The position numbers were made by a program, and so were the translations under genes. Positions 58,037 to 64,000 of a stretch of 64,000 bases of DNA are shown here, piece after piece. Below the pieces are notes generated by a model. That model was not told the origin of the DNA. It was given only the letters and a program-made list of their open reading frames with translations, and ran no database searches. The first letter of the stretch is position 1, and each line of letters begins with the position of its first letter. This DNA is from an uncultured virus (IMG/VR IMGVR_UViG_3300034061_005656). Lineage: Duplodnaviria > Heunggongvirae > Uroviricota > Caudoviricetes. The stretch lies in the IMG/VR virus record IMGVR_UViG_3300034061_005656; one strand, given 5' to 3'.

Positions 58037-59830
58037 GTGCCCGTAAACGTAGAGCTCATTGAGACAGGTGAGTATATCCGCATTGACACAGAATGGCGTT
58101 ATAAAGAACTGTGCAAAAGCATACCAGGCGCATCTTGGAATGCAAAAGACCAGGCGTGGAAATTACCAGTTAGCTGGGTTTCATGCTTAGCCTTGAGATC
58201 CGTATTCAAGGATGATCTTATTATTGGCCCACGTCTTTCCGAATGGGCAACTAATGAATTGAATACTCGTGTTGCGCCAGCTAATGCTCTTCGTGACTTG
58301 GACATCTACGAAGGCGACGAAGATTTATTTCCTCACCAGCGCGCCGGTGTTGCTTTTCTTGCCACTGCTCGTCGTGCTCTTCTTGCTGATGAGCCAGGTC
58401 TTGGTAAAACGGCACAAACTATCCGCGCGATTAAGAAGCTATCTGAAACAGAAGAGGTTTTCCCTGCTCTTATTGTTTGCCCAAACACTTTAAAGAAAAA
58501 CTGGGAACGTGAATTTGGCATGTGGTGGCCTGATGTGCGAGTTCAAGTTATTAAAGGCTCGGCTGGCCAACGCCGCAAGCAGTTTGAAACTGAGGCTGAT
58601 ATTTATGTCATTAACTGGGAATCTTTGCGTGGTCACTCAAAGCTTGCCTCATACGGATCTATCGCGTTGGCGCGTTGCGTTGATTGCGGCGGACATGACG
58701 AGAGTGTCACTCAGAACCGCTGTGAAGTTCACAAACGGGAATTAAACGAATTTGATTTCAAAGCGGTTGTGGCGGACGAGATTCACCGCTCAAAGGATCC
58801 TAAGTCCAAACAGACCAGGGCGCTATGGGCGGCTACTGGAAATGCTGATATTCGTTTCGCGCTTACAGGTACTCCGATTGCAAACAACGTTCTTGATCTG
58901 TGGTCAATCCTTCACTGGTTGTCGCCAAACGAGTGGCCAAGCAAGACACGCTGGATTGATCGCATGATTGACACAATGCTTAATGCGTTTGGCGGCATGA
59001 TGGTTATCGGTGTAAAGCCTCACATGAACGATGAGTTTTACGCTACAATCAATCCTAGAATGCGTAGAATGCTCAAGGCTCGAGTACTACCGTGGCTTCC
59101 GCCAGTGCTCAAGGAGCGCCGCGATGTTGAAATGTCGACCAAGCAGAAAAAAGCGTACAAGCAAATGCTCGAAGTAATGATTGCTGAGCTTGAGGACGGC
59201 GGTGCAGTCGTTGCGCCAAGCGCTTTGACTCAGACAACTCGCCTTTTACAGTTTGCTAGTTCATACGCAGAAATCTCAATTGATGAAATTTCAGGCGAAA
59301 TGCGCACAGTTCTTACCGAGCCATCTTGTAAAGTTGATGCGCTTATGGATGACATCAAGAATGGCGACTTTGGCGATGACTCAGTTGCTGTCTGTGCAGT
59401 ATCGCGACAGCTTATTGAGCTCTTGAGTAGAGCGCTAACAGACGCAAAGATTCCTCATGGCTTAATCACCGGCGCGCAAGACGAAGACGAGCGCCAAAAA
59501 GCCGTTGATGATTTTCAATCAGGCAAAATCAAATGGATTCTATTTACTGCACAAGCGGGCGGTGTCGGTATTACTTTGACTGCCGCACGTCGCCTTGTAA
59601 TGCTTCAACGTCCCTGGTCACTTGTTGACTACAAGCAAGCACTTGACCGAGTTCACCGCATTGGCAGCGAAATTCACGACAGCATCGTGATTATGGACTA
59701 CGTTACAGAAGGCACGATTGAAGAACGCGTTATAGACGTTCTTGACACCAAGGCCGATAACTTTGAAAACATAGTAAAAGACAAGCATCAGCTTTTGAAG
59801 ATGCTCCAAGACAGTAAAGAAACATTATGA
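58037..59830 (+). CDS. SNF2-family (SF2) helicase
   Basis: 'LADEPGLGKT', 'DEIH', 'LTGTP..N', 'GGVGITLTAA', 'QALDRVHRIG'. Confidence 0.92.
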   Translation: MPVNVELIETGEYIRIDTEWRYKELCKSIPGASWNAKDQAWKLPVSWVSCLALRSVFKDDLIIGPRLSEWATNELNTRVAPANALRDLDIYEGDEDLFPHQRAGVAFLATARRALLADEPGLGKTAQTIRAIKKLSETEEVFPALIVCPNTLKKNWEREFGMWWPDVRVQVIKGSAGQRRKQFETEADIYVINWESLRGHSKLASYGSIALARCVDCGGHDESVTQNRCEVHKRELNEFDFKAVVADEIHRSKDPKSKQTRALWAATGNADIRFALTGTPIANNVLDLWSILHWLSPNEWPSKTRWIDRMIDTMLNAFGGMMVIGVKPHMNDEFYATINPRMRRMLKARVLPWLPPVLKERRDVEMSTKQKKAYKQMLEVMIAELEDGGAVVAPSALTQTTRLLQFASSYAEISIDEISGEMRTVLTEPSCKVDALMDDIKNGDFGDDSVAVCAVSRQLIELLSRALTDAKIPHGLITGAQDEDERQKAVDDFQSGKIKWILFTAQAGGVGITLTAARRLVMLQRPWSLVDYKQALDRVHRIGSEIHDSIVIMDYVTEGTIEERVIDVLDTKADNFENIVKDKHQLLKMLQDSKETL

Positions 59831-60786
59831 CAGACATCACTCCAGTAGAAATTTCTCCGCGCGGGCCGGTCAAAATTTCTAACTCAGAAATTCAGACTTT
59901 TAAAGACTGCCGGCGCAAGTGGTGGCTAAGCTACTACCGTAGACTTCAACCAAACACTCAAAATTTTACAGGCGCGCTTGCACTTGGTTCTCGTATTCAC
60001 GAAGCTCTTGATATGTACTACTCAAAAGGTATCCCGTTGCTCGATGCTCACGCAGAACTTGTTACAAAAGATAAGCATGCTCTTCTAGAGCAATTCCGTG
60101 ACACGATGGATCTTGATAGTGAAGCTGAACTCGGGCGTATCATGCTTGAAGGATACCTTGACTGGGTAGATGAAAACGGTATTGACGCAGAGCTTGAAAT
60201 GATTTCTACTGAAGAAATTATTTCAATGCCAATGTTTGACGGCGAGGTCGAGCTTCAAGGTAAACTCGACATGCGCGTTCGTCGCAAGGCGGACGGAGTT
60301 CGTATGTTTCGTGACTTCAAAACTGTAGGCGGTTCATTTACTGAGTTTGCAAGTCTTGCTCACATGAACGAGCAAATTCTTACGTACATGATTCTTGAGG
60401 CGGCGCAAAACAAAGAAGGCGAGCGCAGCGAAGGTGGAATTTTCACCATGCTTAGAAAAGTAAAGCGCAGTGCTAATGCTCGTCCACCGTTTTATGAGCA
60501 AATGGAAGTGCGCCATAACCAATTTGCATTGAGATCTTTTTGGAATAGACTTCATGGCGCAGTGCGCGACATGATGGACACAAGAAAAGCGCTCGATGAA
60601 GGCGCAGATGTAAACTTCGTTGCATATCCACGACCCAGTAGAGACTGTAAGTGGAAGTGCCAATTTTTCGCTATTTGCCCACTGTTTGACGACGGTAGCG
60701 CCGCCGAACAAGCAATTAGCGAATTGTATGTGGTCGATGATCCATATGCATACTACAAAACAACAGAGATGAAAGGAAATGAATGA
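59827..60786 (+). CDS. PD-(D/E)XK (RecB/Cas4-like) exonuclease
   Basis: 'SNSEIQTFKDCRRKW', 'GKLD..RDFKT', 'C.WKCQF..IC'. Confidence 0.85.
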   Translation: MTDITPVEISPRGPVKISNSEIQTFKDCRRKWWLSYYRRLQPNTQNFTGALALGSRIHEALDMYYSKGIPLLDAHAELVTKDKHALLEQFRDTMDLDSEAELGRIMLEGYLDWVDENGIDAELEMISTEEIISMPMFDGEVELQGKLDMRVRRKADGVRMFRDFKTVGGSFTEFASLAHMNEQILTYMILEAAQNKEGERSEGGIFTMLRKVKRSANARPPFYEQMEVRHNQFALRSFWNRLHGAVRDMMDTRKALDEGADVNFVAYPRPSRDCKWKCQFFAICPLFDDGSAAEQAISELYVVDDPYAYYKTTEMKGNE

Positions 60787-61576
60787 CATGTCAGAAGTAC
60801 AGCGTTCACTTACTATCATGGTCTATGGCGAATCAAAGGTCGGTAAATCTTCCTTTGCAGTCACAGCACCATATCCACGTCTCATGCTCGACGTTGAAGG
60901 TGGACACAGGTTCCTCCCAATCAATGTCAAGTATTGGGATCCACTACGAGAAGAGCCACCTGTTGCAGATGGCACATGGGACACATGCGTTGTTAATGTC
61001 ACAGATTACGACACAGTACTCAAAGCGTACCAATGGCTTCAGCTGGGCAAGCATCAATTTAAGTCATTGATTATTGACTCTGTTTCTGAGCTTCAGGTAA
61101 AGTGTGTAGATACAATTGCCGGCAAGAATCAAATGCAAATGCAACAGTGGGGCGAATTACTTCGTCACATGGGTGCGCTGCTTCGAGATCTTCGTGACCT
61201 TACAATGCATGCAACAAATCCACTTGAGGCTGTCGTTCTTACAGCAATGGCTCGTCAAGGGCAGGACGGGCGATACCGTCCGTACCTTCAAGGACAACTT
61301 GCAATTCAAGCTCCATATTTTTATGACATCCTCGGCGCAATTAGCGTTGAAGAGTTTCCAAACCCAGACCCAACGCAGCCGCCATACAAGGCGCGCCGCA
61401 TGTACGTTGAACGGACTGCTCAATACGAAGCAGGCGAACGCGTTCAGGGTCGCTTAGGAAAGATCGTCGAGCAGCAGCACCTTGGTGTTGAAGCAATGCT
61501 CGATATCGTTTTCGGACCTCGTCCGGAGACAAAAACCAAAACAACAAAAACAGAAGGACATGGTGAACAATCATGA
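60779..61576 (+). CDS. AAA_24 / Sak4-like recombination ATPase
   Basis: 'VYGESKVGKS', 'LDVEGG', 'IIDSVSELQ'; lies between the exonuclease and SSB-like genes. Confidence 0.8.
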   Translation: MNDMSEVQRSLTIMVYGESKVGKSSFAVTAPYPRLMLDVEGGHRFLPINVKYWDPLREEPPVADGTWDTCVVNVTDYDTVLKAYQWLQLGKHQFKSLIIDSVSELQVKCVDTIAGKNQMQMQQWGELLRHMGALLRDLRDLTMHATNPLEAVVLTAMARQGQDGRYRPYLQGQLAIQAPYFYDILGAISVEEFPNPDPTQPPYKARRMYVERTAQYEAGERVQGRLGKIVEQQHLGVEAMLDIVFGPRPETKTKTTKTEGHGEQS

Positions 61577-62136
61577 GTACACTCAACTGGGGTGACCTAG
61601 TAAAAGAAGCTGGCGATGTCGGCAGCTACGATCCGTTGCCGGACGGTGACTACGACCTTAAGGTGCTTGAAGCAACTGCAAAGGTTTCACAATCAGGCAA
61701 GACAATGTTTGCTGTAAAGGCAGAGGTTCAGGTAGGCGCACACGCAAAGCGTCTTGTGTGGGACAACCTTGTTGTTTCAACTGACAACCCAACAGCGCTT
61801 GGTATTTTCTTCCGCAAGATGAATGCACTCGGTCTTGGTCGCGATTTCTTCGCTTCAAGCCCAAGCAACGCACAAATCGAGCAGGCATTGAAAGGCCGCA
61901 CATTCCGTGCACAAGTTGGTTCACGCACATGGCAAGGCCAGAAAAAGAATGAGATTAAGGCGTACTACAGTGTAGCCGCTGCATCTTCAGTCCCAACTGC
62001 ACCAGTTGCCGCAGCTGCACCAGCGCCTGCACCAGCTCCTGCTCCCGCGGCTGCTCCAGCTGCAGAAGCGCCAGCACCAGCACCAGCGCCTGCACCAGTT
62101 GCAGAAGCTGCTGCACCTCCAGCTGCTCCTTTCTGA
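61573..62136 (+). CDS. ssDNA-binding protein (DUF669-like)
   Basis: 'DPLPDGDY...SQSGKTM...VWDN...NEIK' with an Ala/Pro tail ending 'PF'. Confidence 0.7.
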   Translation: MSTLNWGDLVKEAGDVGSYDPLPDGDYDLKVLEATAKVSQSGKTMFAVKAEVQVGAHAKRLVWDNLVVSTDNPTALGIFFRKMNALGLGRDFFASSPSNAQIEQALKGRTFRAQVGSRTWQGQKKNEIKAYYSVAAASSVPTAPVAAAAPAPAPAPAPAAAPAAEAPAPAPAPAPVAEAAAPPAAPF

Positions 62137-62159
62137 TTCGATAGGAAAAGCTCTGCTTA

Positions 62160-62201
62160 ATGCGCCAGAGCTGTACCTTTCGAGGTATAGTTCTGGTGCA
62201 T
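62160..62201 (+). terminator. 19-bp hairpin with TTCG loop
   Basis: ATGCGCCAGAGCTGTACCT-TTCG-AGGTATAGTTCTGGTGCAT; the three non-Watson-Crick pairs are all G-U. Confidence 0.7.
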
Positions 62202-62226
62202 CAGCATATTCACGAAAGACAGGTTT

Positions 62227-63429
62227 ATGAAAATTTTAATGACAGGTTTTACTGCGCTTCAGATTAACACTGAACGACGCACTATTCAAAAAATTGATGT
62301 CCCAGCTTCTATTGTAAAAGCCCTCGAAGAATGTGGGCATGAAGTTGATTGGCGTCGAGTTACGCCAGGCGAAGATCTCTCAATGTACGATGTTATATGG
62401 GTCAATCTTGCGCCACTAAACTCACTCAACGGCAGACAAGGCGCAATGGGCGCGCTGTATGCTCTTAGTTCTGGAATACCTGCGGTCGGATTTTTTGACG
62501 ACTGGCAATTTAGTTCAGTGTTTAACGCATGTCGTGCGCTAAAAAATCACCCAGAGCTTCTTTACAAGTATCTTCTTAGTGGCCCGCGAGGCGATGAAGC
62601 AGCGACGTACTACACTCTTCATGAGGCGCAAGCCGCAATTGAGCGTGTTCGTGCCAGCAACCCAGATGACGCAAACAAGTGCGCAGTAGGCCGATACTTT
62701 TTTAATGACACAGACGAAAACATTAAGCAATACGAAAATCAACTTGTTGCTACGGCTGAGTCAATGCTAGGCGAGCGCTGGTCGCACGGTTTAGTTCCAG
62801 CGTGCCCAATGTACTCATTTGGCGATCGTTCTTTAGTTCGTAAGCGTATGCCAAAGGAAATGTCTGGCATTGAAGCTCTAGATCCGAGCGCGACTATTTA
62901 CGATATTCTGTCAACATCAGAGCCAAAAGATCCAGGTCTAAAAGAGCGCAAGTGGGTTCTTGGTGCTTTGATGCCTCATGACACTTGGCTTGAGCGCAAG
63001 AAACCAGAATGGCCTGTTGAAATTATTGGTAGTCGTAAGCTAATCAAAAAGTTTGGCGGACAGCGTCTTGACAGTGAAGCAGACGTTCTTGCTTTCTACA
63101 ATGACTACTGGGGTATCTTGTCGCCTCCATACCCTCATGCGGGCTCTGGCTGGTGGAGAAGCCGGTTTATGTATGCCGCAAGGGTTGGTTCTATTCTTGT
63201 AACAGACAAAGGCGAAGGCAACCCATTGGGCAAGCCTTACAAGTTAACAATTAAAGAAGTTGAAGCAATGTCAGACGCTGAACTTGCTGAGGCTGCAACC
63301 GCTCAAGGGGACGCACTGCGCCCGCACATGCCAGCGTATAGTTCTTTTGTTGAGCACTGTAATCGTATTGTTCATCGCGCGCTTGCTGAAGACAAAGGTC
63401 TTAAAATTAACCCAGATGGGACTAAGTAA
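62227..63429 (+). CDS. Putative glycosyltransferase-like (GT-B-type) DNA-modification enzyme
   Basis: 'MKILMTG..ALEECGHEVDW..DLSMYDVI', 'FFDDW', 'GILSPPY..GWWRSRF'; context of nucleotide-modification genes. Confidence 0.5.
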   Translation: MKILMTGFTALQINTERRTIQKIDVPASIVKALEECGHEVDWRRVTPGEDLSMYDVIWVNLAPLNSLNGRQGAMGALYALSSGIPAVGFFDDWQFSSVFNACRALKNHPELLYKYLLSGPRGDEAATYYTLHEAQAAIERVRASNPDDANKCAVGRYFFNDTDENIKQYENQLVATAESMLGERWSHGLVPACPMYSFGDRSLVRKRMPKEMSGIEALDPSATIYDILSTSEPKDPGLKERKWVLGALMPHDTWLERKKPEWPVEIIGSRKLIKKFGGQRLDSEADVLAFYNDYWGILSPPYPHAGSGWWRSRFMYAARVGSILVTDKGEGNPLGKPYKLTIKEVEAMSDAELAEAATAQGDALRPHMPAYSSFVEHCNRIVHRALAEDKGLKINPDGTK

Positions 63430-63431
63430 AA

Positions 63432-64000
63432 GTGGCTAGAGTTTTTATAACGGGAATGACTTCTCCGCAGTCGTCTCGAAGGCTTAATGCAAAGTCCATG
63501 TCTTTTACTGGGGCAATTGTAAATATTCTTGAAAACCTCGGTCACCATGTAGAGTGGGGAAGCCCGTCAGTATCTGTGTCAAAGAAAGACTTTGACAACT
63601 ATGACATTATTATCATAGGCGTTGCTCCACCAATGAGCATTGCTTCTAACAACGCATTTAGCGCACTTAACATGGTTGACTTACTGTGGGACGACGAAAG
63701 ACTTAGGTTACTCGTTGATTCACCGTCACCTGAGTCAATTTTGGCTAATCTTCGTGCTGTAGATCGAGAAAGCTTTAGAATGTTTGCAAATTTTTATGCG
63801 CAAAGGAAACAATACGCAGAAGTAATGTCAAACCCTAAAGTACAGGAAAAAATAATTTCAGCAACCCGCAAGCTATTCGCTAAGACATGGCCAACTACGT
63901 TGTACCCAACTACACCGTGGTCTGACATGTCGTCTGTTTCAACAAAACTACCAAAAGGCGCTCAGTCATCGCTAGCAAGTCTTTGCATTGATTCTTACTA
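63432..64000 (+). CDS. Partial paralogue of the preceding GT-like gene (runs off the window)
   Basis: My translation from GTG 63432: MARVFITGMTSPQSS..ILENLGHHVEW..FDNYDIIIIGVAP.., which parallels the N-terminus of 62227-63429. Confidence 0.7.
   Translation, partial: MARVFITGMTSPQSSRRLNAKSMSFTGAIVNILENLGHHVEWGSPSVSVSKKDFDNYDIIIIGVAPPMSIASNNAFSALNMVDLLWDDERLRLLVDSPSPESILANLRAVDRESFRMFANFYAQRKQYAEVMSNPKVQEKIISATRKLFAKTWPTTLYPTTPWSDMSSVSTKLPKGAQSSLASLCIDSY

Overview
The window is about 64 kb of a tailed dsDNA phage genome with every credible gene on the + strand. The host is probably an actinobacterium, judged from the Rosebush/cluster-B-style portal, protease and hexamer+pentamer capsid layout and from TGn-TAnnnT promoters. 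Gene order: a non-coding repeat-rich left end (1-1050); collagen fibre, HTH and DUF1360-like genes; portal; a very large head-accessory region (6.6-33.6 kb); capsid and tail genes (33.7-52.6 kb); then nucleotide-modification, replication and recombination genes (52.6-64 kb). The most unusual part is the head-accessory region, which reads as a virion-loaded, protease-processed multi-effector system. (i) Two giant paralogous proteins (1591+ aa and 4643 aa) share an N-terminal 'QRRDxxGRF' module but carry different cargo: DUF3626-like domains in one; 3 WYL-like domains, 3 ADP-ribosyltransferase-like domains, a HipA/PI3K-like kinase, a DEDDh exonuclease and an SF1 helicase in the other. (ii) Two matching C-CCA-AAA-G slippery sites are each followed by a GC hairpin, predicting programmed -1 frameshifts: one fuses a 182-aa head protein to the 1591-aa ORF, the other truncates the 4643-aa protein just before its two C-terminal ART domains. 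(iii) A recurrent [LIVM]-[TVA]-A-[AS]-[GA] motif sits at domain boundaries of nearly all head proteins and is a candidate prohead-protease site; one copy lies in a loop between the only two Cys I could find in the 4643-aa protein. All domain calls come from motif recognition by eye; no searches were run.
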